Below are positions 12,883 to 24,861 of a stretch of DNA of 64,000 bases, in pieces. The notes under the pieces are model-generated. The model did no database searches, was not told the origin of the DNA, and was given only the letters and a program-made list of their open reading frames with translations. Each line of letters opens with the position of its first letter. Position 1 is the stretch's first letter. This DNA comes from Scyliorhinus canicula (Eukaryota). The DNA lies in assembly GCF_902713615.1 (NCBI RefSeq), contig NW_024055820.1, forward strand, positions 1-64,000, written 5' to 3'. The translations under genes were made by a program, and so were the position numbers.

Positions 12883-13211
12883 TGATGGGAGCATCGCAAT
12901 CAGTGGCCCTGTGCAATGTTGAACCTCAATGTACTGTTGCAGCTTCTAACGGTTCCGCTGAGAGGCCATGTAACTTATTGGAAGAAGCCGTTTCTTTAAA
13001 ACTGATGTCTCACCTCATCAAAGGATCAGATATTGAATTTTGCTGAACTGGAGATAAGTTATGTTTTGCTTGAAGTTAAATTGAGAGGGCAGGGCTTTCA
13101 TAAGTAACCACAGCTGAAACGAGAATTGATGATGCCCTGCTCACTTTGCTCTGCATCGGGAACCAGCTGTCCAACCCACTGAACTAAAGGGGGCGCCAAA
13201 ACTAGGAACTG

Positions 13212-13280
13212 CGAGCCAGCAGTCGAACCTGGAATTTCCTGATTCGTAGTCAGACGCGTTATCCATTGCGCCACTGGCCC
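13212..13280 (-). pseudogene. tRNA-Arg(ACG) pseudogene
   Basis: gggccagtggcgcaatggataacgcgtctgactacgaatcagg...; 69 nt, with a 4-nt deletion in the 3' strand of the T-stem. Confidence 0.85.
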
Positions 13281-13373
13281 ACAGCAGTTATAGGCTTTTG
13301 TATTCCTCGATGATGAAGACCAATTACGAGATTGAGGTAATATTTTGTGACAGACTAAACTGGAAACACCAGA

Positions 13374-13446
13374 TGTTTCTGCCCGGTTTCGAAACGGGGA
13401 CCATTCGCGTGTAAAGCGAATGTGATAACCACTACACTACAGAAAC
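13374..13446 (-). tRNA. tRNA-Val(TAC) on an AAC/CAC-type body; G53T in the B-box, probably impaired
   Basis: 73 nt, loop tttacac; T-stem reads cccgt-ttcgaaa-ccggg. Confidence 0.75.
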
Positions 13447-14009
13447 AGCTGGCAGCGCACACTCCAACGGACCTGTGACACCTTCAACTCAACTGCCTTG
13501 TTGCAGCTTCGCATGGTTCGGCTGAGAGGCCATGTCACTTCTCACAAGAACACGTCTATTTCTTTAAAACAGATGTCTAAACTTACAAGCCAGTAGAAGA
13601 ACCTATATTGAACTGAAGAATTTGTTCAGCAAATCTCTAACGGCGAAATGCTCTCTTCTATTATTAATGCAGCATTCTGAAATCCTACAGAAAAAAGCAA
13701 CCGACTTTACACAATATTTGTTTCGTTATTCAATGCTTGAGTTGAGTTTAAGAATTGACAATTATGTGTTTCTTATATTTGACCTCTTTGTGTTTTGGTG
13801 TGTAAAATGCTGCAGCCTAAATACCGTTCATGTAGAAGAAAGGAGGGGTAATTGTAAATCAACTTTGAGCCTGGATTCCCACACTGGCTTTTCCTGTTTC
13901 TCTATCAGGAAGACCGTTTTTTCTTTCCCAAAGCTGGTTCAGTTAAGTCTCTGGCATTTCCTCTAAGTCAGTTACAGTATCGTTTGTGTCTGTCCTTTTG
14001 AGTACACAT

Positions 14010-14330
14010 TACTTTCAGACATCCTTCAATCTGGCCCGCTGCATTTGCTGATCCCAATGCCATCTACTCTGCATTGGAGAGACTAAATGCCGACTGGGTG
14101 ACCGCTTTGCAAAACACCTTTGCTCCATCGACAAACTGGCGGCAGACTCTCCTGTCGTTTGCTGTTTGAACTCACTGTCCTGCTCTCATGTCCACATGTC
14201 CGATCATGGCCTGCTGCTATGTTCCCATGTAGCTCAGCACAACGCCGAGGAGCAGCACCCCATCCTCCGAATAGGCACGGTACAGCCTTGCAGATTTTAC
14301 AGTACGGTCAACAACTTTGCACCGTGAAAT
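14010..14330 (+). mobile_element. Penelope GIY-YIG fragment (duplicate of the 11690 copy)
   Basis: Near-identical to 11690-12010. Confidence 0.7.
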
Positions 14331-14395
14331 CACTCTTCCCACTTCACCACATGTTTATTTCTATCAACTTATTTTCATTGCTTCCATTGATATGG

Positions 14396-14560
14396 CTTAT
14401 TGTCACGAATAGGCTTCAATGAAGTTACTGTGAAAAGCCCCTAGTCGCCACATTCCGGCACCTGTCCGGGGAGGCTGGTACGGGAATCGAACCGTGCTGC
14501 TGGTCTGCTTAGTCTGCTTTAAAAAGCCAGCGATTTAGCCTTGTGAGCTAAACCAGCCCC
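14396..14560 (-). mobile_element. tRNA-derived SINE
   Basis: Full head ggggctggtttagctcac... on the minus strand. Confidence 0.85.
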
Positions 14561-16169
14561 TGGCCCAAGATACTCAACTAGACGCTGATTAATCTGAGAG
14601 TTTTACATTTAAATGGAGTGAGGAAAAATTCGGCACTTCAGTTTCCGATACCAATAAAGGTAAGGGTTTTGATCAGCTGTTGTAAAACTGCAATTCAGTA
14701 TTCCCAATCCCCCTTCCCTCACCGTCACAATCGGATTGTCCTGGTGCGCAGAATCAGCGCCAACGCCTGGAAGAGAACATAGAACAGTACAGCACAGAAC
14801 AGGCCCTTCAGCCCTCGATGTTGTGCCCTACTCGATAATGATCACCCTACTCAAACCCACGTATCCACCCTATACCCGTAACCCAACAACCCAACAAATG
14901 TTATAGGGAAATAAATCACTGTCAGCTCGTCACCATGTGAGCATCAGCGTCTCCAGCACTGTGACAGAAGCTGTGAGGCCCAGCGCAGCAGACTGAAATG
15001 TCTCAGCTTGGAACGGATAGAGCAAAGAAAGTGACACCACCAACGTCATATCCGGTTCTGGCAATCATCATCAGAGAACATGAGGAATTGCTCTGGTTAT
15101 TGTCGGAGCAGCAACATCTAAAATATTCTAATGAAGTTTCCTATGCTCCGTGATTCACGGGAAATGTAACGTCCACATATTTCGGAGCAGTCTAATCGCA
15201 AAGAACGTGTTTAAGGTCATTATAGAAGGGACCTGGAAAAAAAATCATCGTCGAATAATTGATGATTTAGTGCACACAGTGGAGTAGGAAATTAGGAACC
15301 GGGTATGTAGCATTGGTATTTTTCCGTCGAGATACTTTGCTGCCTTTAACCTTCCTTGCGCAAAGAAATAAAGTGTAATCACAAATAAGGGCTACAATTG
15401 ACCAGAGGGTGAATATGTCGGGTTTGTTTCTGGTTCGATGCCTCCAGAAATCTCGTTTCAACTTTTCTTCTGAGCTCACTCTATGGAATAGTGCATCAAA
15501 AGAAATATGCTCTGTAGGTCAATCTCGTATTTTGTCAGTTTGCGAAGTCGAGCTGCCCATCCTCTGTCCATCCCGGGAGGGAATGTATTCCTTCAACATC
15601 TGCGCAATCAGATGGATAATTGCCAGTCTGAATCTAACAATTAGCCGAAATCTGCTATGCTGAAATGAATCATAATTAGAAGTAAATCGTGGTTATTGCT
15701 GGACAAGAGATGTTGTATTGAAGTTTTCGTCGTGCGCTGATCAGGATGTTTACAAAATATAATTTAAGTGGAATCCAAAAATCAATGGGACATGATAAGA
15801 GCGTTCTGATTGGCAGGCAAATGGACTCTGATTTTCCCACCGCTATTGCCATCTTTTATCAACACGAATAGACCTGTATTGGAATTATCATTTCTCGAGC
15901 TGAAGAAATACCAGAAAAGTAGGAAGAGGGAAACTCAAACTTGCCACTGATCACAAACGCCCCTTAATGCTTTGATGTGACGCTCGATGCCGTGGCAGTC
16001 CCGCTCCAGGTTAAAATGCGGCATTCGTCTTTTCATCTTTATTGTATTCAAACTCGTCAAGAGCCACTGGCTCCTGGATGCGGAGAGTTTCATAGTTAGG
16101 GGTCCCGGTTCCGAAACTCAAACAACATCCATGTTTTCCGCCTGACAGAATGAACCTGGCAACATTTTA

Positions 16170-16365
16170 TTTCTTTAAAATGTGGGATATTCAATTTTTT
16201 TCCAATTAGAGGGCAATTAAGTGTAGCCGATCGCACACATCTTTTGACTTGCGTGACCCACGCAGACACGGGGAGAACGTGCAAACTGCACAAAGCCGGG
16301 ATCGAATCTGGGGCCTCAACGCCGTCAGGTAGCAGCACTAATCAGTAGTCACTGTGCCGCCCAAA
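16170..16365 (-). mobile_element. Degenerate HE1-like V-SINE
   Basis: gagggcaattaagtgtagcc...gacacggggagaacgtgcaaact...gggatcgaatctggg. Confidence 0.7.
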
Positions 16366-16597
16366 CGTTGTGCTTGAACACTGTCCTGCTCCCCATCCGC
16401 ATTGATTAGAAATAAAGCGAACTGTGAGATGATTGGTTGAATTGAAAACAAAGACAGTTTAAGCTGATTGGATTCCATCTGATGATGCTGCCAAACAATG
16501 ACTCAATCAGCAGCGACCCGGATGTTACTTTACCCCTCTTCAAAACAATGTTAGCTTCAGCCACTCTGCTAATATCCACCGCCACCTCCCTGCAAAC

Positions 16598-17201
16598 ATG
16601 TCATCTGCTACTTTGTTTTTATTCCTCACAGCTGCGGCTCTTTTAACAGGTAGGTTCATAAAGTACGAAACTCTGTGTTTCACATCTTCTGCGTGCATTA
16701 CAGTTAATTGAATAGTTCACTCGACACAAATAAGGAATAAATGGATTCACAATTAGAAATGTCATCATTATTCACCGTATCCAAACACTCATATTTAACT
16801 GGCCGATATATTTCTCAGAATCATGTTTACGATTTAGGGGATTAACATAGTGAAGTGACAGCCTTCCATTTAATATTGCTCTGGGTTCTTGCAGGATATT
16901 GTCGAGGAGATTCTGTGTCACAGACACCGGCTGCAATAGCAGTAATTGAAGGAGAGAATGTTCAGTTGTTCTGTAATTACACCACTACAAGCAACAATAT
17001 TCTTTATCTGCACTGGTATCATCAGTATCTCGGCGGATCCCTGGAGTTTCTGATGAAGAGAAGCAGATACACCGATAAGACAGATAGATTTCCAGGGGAC
17101 TGTTTTTCAGTGAATCTGGATGAATCAATCCACACCGTCTCGCTGGATGTGTCTAAAACAGAGCTGACAGACTCCGCGGTGTATTTCTGCGCGCTGAACC
17201 C
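16598..17201 (+). CDS. TRAV/TRDV: TCR alpha/delta-type V segment 3 (apparently intact)
   Basis: The true leader is exon 16598-16649 (MSSATLFLFLTAAALLT, GTAGGT donor); the ORF-track N-terminus is intron. V exon 16895-17201: GDSVSQ...LFCNY...WYHQ...DSAVYFCALNP. Confidence 0.93.
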
Positions 17202-17240
17202 CACAGAGACACAGAGCTGGGCTGAACCAGTACAATAACT
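17202..17240 (+). promoter_or_regulatory. 23-RSS of V3
   Basis: cacagag, 23-nt spacer, acaataact. Confidence 0.9.
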
Positions 17241-17636
17241 ATCAAAGTGTCACTCCGCATAACATCGTTAGGCACACACTGAGATCAGCGGTGAGTCTGA
17301 ATTGGTTCCTGAAATCTTAGCGATATCCATGCTTCTAATTCGAACATGTAACTTTGCTCCTAACACATAAAGTATTAAAACATTTTAATGCAGATAGTTT
17401 AGTGAGTGGAAATGTAATATTTGGATGGCGCTTTTCTTTACGTCCCAAGATGCGATACCGTCACTGTGACGAAGAAATTCAGAAAACTCATCAGCCGATT
17501 ATGGCCGAGTAGATAATTTCAAACAGTGGGGTTTAATGAGCTTCCTGTTTCAGGGACGTGATTGACCTGGACAACGTCCTTGCTCTTGGAAAATATTGCC
17601 TTGTGATCCACCACGTTCATCTTAGAGGAAAGCCAT

Positions 17637-17760
17637 GATGTGGAGATGCCGGCGTTGGACTGGGGTGAGCACAGGAAGAAATCTTACAACACCAGGTTAA
17701 AGCCCAACAGGTTTGTTTCAAACACTATCGTTCGGAGCACTGCTCCTTCCTCCTTCCTGT
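17637..17760 (+). mobile_element. Shark interspersed repeat fragment (probably Penelope-related)
   Basis: gatgtggagatgccggcgttggactggggtgagcac...ttcggagcactgctccttcc, recognised from memory of shark repeats. Confidence 0.45.
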
Positions 17761-19786
17761 CAGGAAAGACAGCACCCTTGATTGAACATCTAATCCGAGA
17801 GCGATGCACCGCTACCTGAAAACTGCACAAAAGCACCAGCATAGATCATTGGGCTCACGTCTCTGTACAGGGAGCAGAGGCCTGCGGCTTTTGATTCAGA
17901 GACGAGGGGGCTAACGACAGAGCGTCGCCTGACAAATGGAGTTTGCAGCTAAGCACATGTGCTGGTCATTCTTTGATACCTTTATCTTTATAATGAGAAG
18001 CGTGAGATGTGCAGCTAGCTGATTACAAGCTTTTATCGAGTCCGACTAATGTCTGACAGGTAGGTGAGCAGCCCCACCGGGCGTGCGGCCACTCGCTCTC
18101 CCTGAACACCAGGCAGGTTTCCATCAGGGGCTCCTCAGTAAGATCCCGGATTCTTGTTGCTGACAGGCTGCCGGGTTCCTGTTAAGCGGAATGAATCTTA
18201 AAACAGAGTTTGTGCGAATTCGGGAAATCGCAGGAGCAGGCCACAAACAATCAAAGCAATCCGGGAAACATAGATTCAATTAAAGAAAAGGAAATTATAA
18301 AATACACTTTACTGATCTCAGCAGAAACAGGTGGACGATGAATTTAACCACAATAACCAAATATCAAATGAAAAGAGACAAAAGGAAATTTTATAGACTC
18401 CGGATGTCTGTAGAACCCTGCAACCACAGGAAGCGCATTTTCAGTGTATTCACTGCTGTGATTCGAAATCATGCTAAACATAGAGGACGGTGGAAATGTT
18501 TAATTCTATGTCAGTAAGAGTTGTCATTCCGATTCTTGCGTAAAGGGCTTTCCTTATTGCCAAAGTGAACCCCTTATTTTCCCGATAATTTGAACTCGTG
18601 GCAAATAGCACCCAGAACATTTTGTAATGGAACGATGGACGCCCTTTTCCTGTTTCTCGCTCTTTATCTCTCTCTTTACGATAAATTGAGGATCTATATT
18701 GGTCAGTAACATGTGTCGTCCCATTCAGACTACCCAGTGACTTTGGACTACAATGATGGACAGAGTTCACTCCCAGTTTCCTGTGCCATCCTAAGCATCC
18801 TCCAGGTACCAGACCTCAGGTGGCGCTGGTTGACCCGGGACTTCCCTCAGGTTGGCCCATGATTATTCCTGACAAAGTGTTGCAGTAGTTCCCATTGCCT
18901 CTTGCAGCATGGCTGACCAGGAAACTCTCCAGCTCTTACCACCTATCATTAGTCATATTGGAAGAACTTGCAAACAGATAATCATCGTGTGTGGCCAGGC
19001 AAAGAGCACACCTTCTGCAGCCATAAAGCCCTGGAGTGGTATTGAAACGCAGAACTTCCGGCCCAGAAGACGTGCTTCAGTGCCTGAGAATCCGTAATTC
19101 ACATTTTTTTTCTTGCCCGAAACGTGGTTGTGGTGAAGCGTCACAGATATTTCCTGTAATCCCAGCTGCCACCTGTAACAGCGGTGAACTAACTGACAGC
19201 TCGTCAGGCTTAAACTAAAGAGAAGATCTCGCAACGTTAACTAGCGGAATTCTGTCTGTGAAACATCGATTCTCAATGTATCCCCGAATATTGCTGCAGT
19301 ATATTGGTGGATTATTATCATAGAAGTGTTACTACTGCTTCGGTGTTATAGTTGCTGCATCTGATGCCTCTTTCGTTGTTTTTCTTTTGCTATATTTTTT
19401 ATTTAATATTGACCCAGACCACTTGTCTCAGTTTTCTGGCGTGCCTTCCTTATTGACAAAGCCCGTGTTCATTTGCATAAATAGATGAACTGAAAAAATT
19501 CATAAAACAACTGATAAGTTTGGACGTTCATTTTGAAAGAATGGAAGTCTTGAAAGCTCGCTAAACATCACACAAAGATGCAAAATAATGTAAATTAGCT
19601 ATTGTATCAAAAAGTGATTGATATTGTTCTGTGGGTTAATCTGTTAGTTATATCATTGGAAATAACACAGATTTTTAATTCCAATAAATCACACGGATGA
19701 AAAACATTTGTTTATACATTTTGTTTGGCTCACTCTCATTTCCACTGCACACGGGCTGGTTGTCTCCACAGTCCTCATGTTGAGTG

Positions 19787-20106
19787 AGTTATTGTACAGG
19801 CTCCTCATCTCTTTGTTTCACAGCGCCACACTGTACTGTAATACACTGCAGCGTCTGACAACCCAACCGTGTTAACACTGAGAGTGATGGAACTTTTCTC
19901 ACTGTCCACAGATACTTTAAACCTTCCCTCAATTCTTTCATCTCTGAATGTGGAGACCAGATTCTGGGTAGCCTTATTGGAGAACTGCCGGTACCAGAAT
20001 ACACAGTCATTTGTAGTGAGAATAACATTGTGATGAAGCGAGATGGTCTGTCTTTGTGTTCCCCGATACATCCCTATCTGAAATATCCCCAAGTGACATG
20101 GAACAG
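19787..20106 (-). pseudogene. TRAV/TRDV: Inverted TCR V segment 4 pseudogene
   Basis: Acceptor ttaacag at 20107. The frame is open with WYRQ and DAAVYY, but both Ig-fold Cys are lost (LHHNV, YYSTV). RSS: cgctgtg (19819-19825), 23 nt, acaataact (19787-19795). No clean leader found. Confidence 0.85.
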
Positions 20107-20538
20107 CTGTTAAAACAAGAATAACATTAACGTTATGACACATACAGGGTCAATTAACTAAAGTGTTTGAGTACATAGGCAGAATAAACTAATCTATCTG
20201 TGTATCTACATATATATCCGCCTGCCCGCCTGTCTGTCCGTCCATCTATCCACCTACTGACAATCTGTCTAGCTACATATTTGTTTATCTAACTTTCTCT
20301 CCCATATCTGTCTACCTGGCATCTGAGAAAGTTAATTGTTCCGCCTGCCTCTGTGGAACTAACAAAACAAATAAAATGTTACGACATTCTGCATCTGTAA
20401 TAAAGCAGATGGATATTGTAACTCTATCCAGGTGGAGGTTTAAATATGGGAAAGTAATCATTCTGATAATCATCGGCATTTCTAAAGGTTCTGGTTTGTG
20501 CAAATGTAAACGGGGCAACGGAAACCCGGCAGTGAACA

Positions 20539-20577
20539 AGATATTGTACAGCCGAATCCGCTCTGTGTCTCACTGTG
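20539..20577 (-). promoter_or_regulatory. 23-RSS of V5
   Basis: cacagtg, 23-nt spacer, acaatatct on the minus strand. Confidence 0.9.
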
Positions 20578-21002
20578 TCTGCTTCGCACAGAGATACATT
20601 CCGGAGTCCTGGACCGCGCTGACATCTATACAGATGGTATTGGACTTCTTTTTTCTCTCAAAGGACAGGGTGTAGCGTCCTTTGGTCTCAGTCCCCTGGT
20701 AAATGGAGGCGATAAATGTGGGAGCCTCTGTCGGTGCCTGTCTGTACCAGGCTACGGAATCACCTGTACCAATGGAGATCCGACAGTTCAGTTCAGCCCG
20801 ATCCCCTTCCCGGGACACCACCTGCTCAGGGTGGGAGCTCTGATCCTCACACTGAACAGCTGGGAACAAATAAAATCATCATAACCACACGGTACTATGA
20901 GTTTGTTTTAAAAAATGCATCAGATAAGAAAATAAACTCACCCAATATCAGCAGCATCAGCGCTCCAGCTGGAAACAGCTCTTTCCTGGGGTTTCTGGTC
21001 AT
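20578..21002 (-). CDS. TRAV/TRDV: Inverted TCR alpha/delta-type V segment 5 (apparently intact)
   Basis: Leader 21002-20942 (MTRNPRKELFPAGALMLLIL, GTGAGT donor). V exon 20859-20578: ..AELNCRI..WYRQ..DSGMYLCAKQ. Confidence 0.92.
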
Positions 21003-22919
21003 GATGATGAAAGTGGGCAAAAGGCGGATCAATCCGGGTCTGATTTCCAGGCTGGGACTTGCTGCCGAGTCCGGGATTCAATGTTGTGCGGGTGAGGAGA
21101 GGAGAGAGCTTTACATTCTCCCCCTGAATGTGAGACTGATCCTCACCGATTGGACTATTATTGGATGTCTTTATTTGACGTTACACATGGTGCCATTGAG
21201 CGATTGGTTGTTTCTCAATTCATAGACCACTTGAACCGTCACTGATCCCCAACCTCTCTGCTTCCTGTGTGTAACAGCAGGTTGGCATGATTCATATAGT
21301 CAGTGCTCTGTTGTGTTTCTAACTGAACAGGGCCATTTTTTATCTAAAAATCATAGTGTTTCACAGTCCAAAGAGAGGGAATTCGGTCCATTACTTCCGT
21401 ACTATCTCGCTGGAAAAATAATCCACTGTTTGTTTCCATACATTTCATTATTTAAAAGTTCCTATTTACGGGTCATATGTTTATCCACTTCTTCCTTAAG
21501 CTGACTGATGGATTTTTTGCATCCCTGCTTCATCTTTCCCAATCCCTCCCACACTCTGTCTGTGAAGTTAACAACAAATGAAATAAGAGGCACGGAACCG
21601 ATCCATGCGTTTGAACAGCATTCCCAACAGTGATCTGTACATATTTATACGTGTCTGTATCTGTTCTAATATCTGCATCGCTTTTGATAGAACCCGGATC
21701 CTTTAACTCTTTAACGTCATCAGCAACATGTTGCCAAATTTCTGCATTTAAACCCTGAATACTTTCTTCTCTTTGAAATTTCAAATTATATTTAGCTTCT
21801 TCCTCATTCCATCTACTTTATGTGTTTATATGATTTTAAAAAACAGACACAACATTTTTGGTTCTACTTTAGATCAGCAGCTTTTTTGCTCCGTGGTTAT
21901 TCAATGCAGGAAACGATCTGCTGACGCAGACATACAGATTCCTGCACCACTGCAGTGATAGGAAGGGGCCAGAGGCAGCGATGTCTCCACCAGCACAATC
22001 CGTTCAGATCGAGGGCAGCAAACGGAAGCTGTGGCCGGGGACACGACAGACTCTAAACTGATCAAACTGTGCGGCGGTTACCAGCTGCCGTCACAAGTGC
22101 TGGAGTTGAAATAGCGACGGTTGAACCTGCAGAATCTGAGACCATCCTGCACCTGCTCACTGCTGAAGTGACTGAGAACAAACAGTGTGGGAGTGACATT
22201 AACGGCCCAGAATCAGAGATTTAGGGACGGAGTGTAGTGTTCAGTTTAACTGCGCCGATTTGAAAACGCTGTTCCAATCGCCTTTCACACCCTATATTAC
22301 CCATGCTGCTTACCCTTCACAATTCTCTTTTCAAAGTTGCCGTTGAATCTTCTTCCTTCGTCATTTCATGCGTCGAACTACGGATGTTAACATACCGCAA
22401 CAAAATAGCTAAAATTCACCTTTCACGATCCAATTTTCCATGAAATTGGGATGATTTTGTCTGCTGAGTTTGGAAACAATAACTTGTGATCTATACGACC
22501 AAAAATGCATAATTTTAGCACATCAATTGAGGTCGCTTCTACTTTCTTTGTTAAAAGCAAATGAAGGCAAGCTTCGCTAGCCTTGTGCAAAGGTTTCCAT
22601 TATGCCTGCTATTCTGATATATAACGTCCGCACTTTCTCCGACTTCTTAACAATGTTCATTCTTTGTCCTGCACATGATTTGGCCAGAGCCGGCCAACAA
22701 AGAGTTCTACAGATTTAGTGTCACTTGACATTTTGTATCATCTCACAGAAACATCAACAGCACCAAAATCTGAATCTGAAAAGCTCCAATTTGCGTTTCT
22801 GGGACACATTCGTATCTTCTTGTGTGGTTCAGTGCTCGCGGAATTCTTTCAATGGCCGCATTCTAACAGCAATGAGATAAATCCGGCAGCAGAGGGCGCC
22901 ATGTTCAAGCAGGGGCGTG

Positions 22920-22929
22920 ATGACGTCAT
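22920..22929. promoter_or_regulatory. CRE palindrome upstream of V6
   Basis: ATGACGTCAT about 200 nt upstream of the leader ATG, plus two TGATGTCA variants just downstream. Confidence 0.55.
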
Positions 22930-23129
22930 GCGATGGCACTGTCAAAGCCGACAGATTTAGGAGACTAGGTGATGTCATAATGGATTTGTTAGCCTTGGTG
23001 ATGTCACAATGGGGCCGGCCCCCTGCAGTGTGTGGGTGGAACAATGAACTGAATAGAGCCCGGGTTCCCTCTCTCCTCTCAATCTCTGCCTCATCCCGTT
23101 CCCATTCACTCACAGAGATTCAGCCAGAC

Positions 23130-23660
23130 ATGTTTCTGCTAATACTGGCGGCGCTGTTGGGCGGTAAGTACTGGATAATGTTCACCATGCCAGATGAGCT
23201 GATAATAGATTGTAATAATTAATGATCAGAAATGTCAATCTGGTGGGTAGAGTGGAAGTTCCACAAACTGACACATTTACAAACAAATTTAGGACCTTAT
23301 TTTTAAACTCTTGATATTTACTTCCTCCACTATCGCCGGCGGACAATGCGTAGATCCAGTAACTCATCACCGGTGACAAAACCCGGGTCAGAAGGGGATT
23401 TGGTGCAATTACATTGTCAATATTCAGAGCCAGACACTCGCTACATCCAATGGTATCATAAGAAAGTGGCACAGCAACCAGTCTGGATTATTAGCAATGT
23501 ATTAACTCTGAAGAAAGATGCAGTTTCAGGACGATATCTGGCGGCTGCTAGCAAGTCTGGACAGAACGGTCACCTCAATATGAGCGCCCTCAGAGTGAAG
23601 GTCTATTACTGTGCAGTGAGGCATAGCGTTGGATATAACATAACGTCCCGTAGAAAAAAC
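23130..23660 (+). pseudogene. TRAV/TRDV: TCR V segment 6 pseudogene
   Basis: Leader 23130-23163 (MFLLILAALLG, GTAAGT) is intact. There is no clear AG acceptor, FR1 is disrupted and the D-S-A before VYYC is deleted. RSS relic: catagcg (23622-23628), 23 nt, agaaaaaac. Confidence 0.85.
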
Positions 23661-24771
23661 TCAGCGAGTATTTACTGGACAGACAAGCTTTATTTAGTGT
23701 CATTGCTTGCGGGAATAATTTCACGAAAGCAGTCAGGTCTATCTATCGCAGTTATATTGCTGTCTCTGTTCTTGTACAAGTCAACATAGAGGCAGTTTGG
23801 TAAATTATAAGGCTCATCTCCATGCCGCGATTTCTACAGTAAATTTAAACTTGGAAAACCCACGTATTAGCAGCGGTAGTGAAAACTATCTGATGTGGAG
23901 CTAATAATAACGAAAATTATGGACAATTTTCCAAAAACTTAACTCAGGTGGGCCCAAGGCCGCTGACTATCCGGCATCCCATCCTGTAATGAACCTAAAA
24001 ATGGGAGAAAGTCTGCAATGCACAATAACCATTTCAACAGAGCATCACCGAGCAACACGATTATTATTATCGTGCAGGGCCATGTGAAGTTTTTGTGTAT
24101 GCTTCAGCCTTCAACAAAAATATAAAATTTCGCTCGATGTTGATCGATGTTGAGCATTTCTGCCCAATGATAAGGCGCCATCCAGGTCAGGGGCAGACGT
24201 CACCCGCTGAGAGATAGAGAGCCAGGTCCCACGGTGAGTGCAACAACATCCCAGGGGCTATGACGACTCCACCAGGTAGAAAAACCCGGAAGCGCCGCTA
24301 ACGTGAATTTGTGCAGTTCCTACAGATCCTCACATTCTCACACTTGCTGCATTCTCCCAGTTGTTGATCAATCTGCCATCGACAGCTCCTCCAGACACAT
24401 CTTTTCTTTCTTTGTTTCTTCCATTGCTCTGACAGAGTGCTGACACAGACACAGCAGCCCGAATGGCCTCATACTGTGGTGTAATCATTCTCTGATTCGA
24501 TGCTAACCTCATTCTGTGGCAATGGAAGCCAAGGTCTTTTCTCATTTAATATCTCCTGATTTGCCCCCTATCAGAGCCCTTTCCTGTTGTTCTGTTTCCT
24601 CCCTCCGGGATTTGACTTGGTTAATGAAAGGTGATGGTGAAAGACGAACTTTGTTGTCCTGTCGACAAATGCCGCCTGACTCTCTGAGTTGTTCCAGTAT
24701 TTTCCGCTTTCTCCGCAGATGTTAGATCGACTTTCGATGGGAATGACAGTATGCGTGAATTGCATTCGACG

Positions 24772-24861
24772 GGCTCGTTGGTCTAGGGGTATGATTCTCG
24801 CTTCGGGTGTTTGTATTTCGAAAATTGCGAGAGGTCCCGGGTTCTAATCCCGGACGAGCCC
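24772..24861 (+). tRNA. tRNA-Pro(CGG) with a putative 18-nt intron (24808-24825)
   Basis: ggctcgttggtctaggggtatgattctcgcttcggg[tgtttgtatttcgaaaat]tgcgagaggtcccgggttctaatcccggacgagccc. Removing the insert leaves a canonical 72-nt tRNA-Pro. The T-loop has an atypical T57. Confidence 0.8.

Larger units (their letters stand above)
11097..14400. repeat. 2319-bp tandem duplication carrying tRNA genes and a Penelope fragment
   Basis: About 11097-12080 recurs at about 13416-14395 with a constant offset of 2319 (ORFs 11303/13622; tRNA ends 11127/13446). Confidence 0.92.

Noticed and set aside
11303-13966. Two nearly identical 114-aa ORFs (11303 and 13622) suggesting a conserved small protein
   Set aside because: They start at TTG, have no recognisable motif, and their identity is explained by the 2319-bp DNA duplication.
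18635-18680. Leader-like stretch MDALFLFLALYLSLY+G with the same 15-codon layout as the V1/V2 leaders
   Set aside because: The donor reads AT rather than GT, I found no V-like exon or RSS downstream, and a CT-rich run gives hydrophobic codons by chance.
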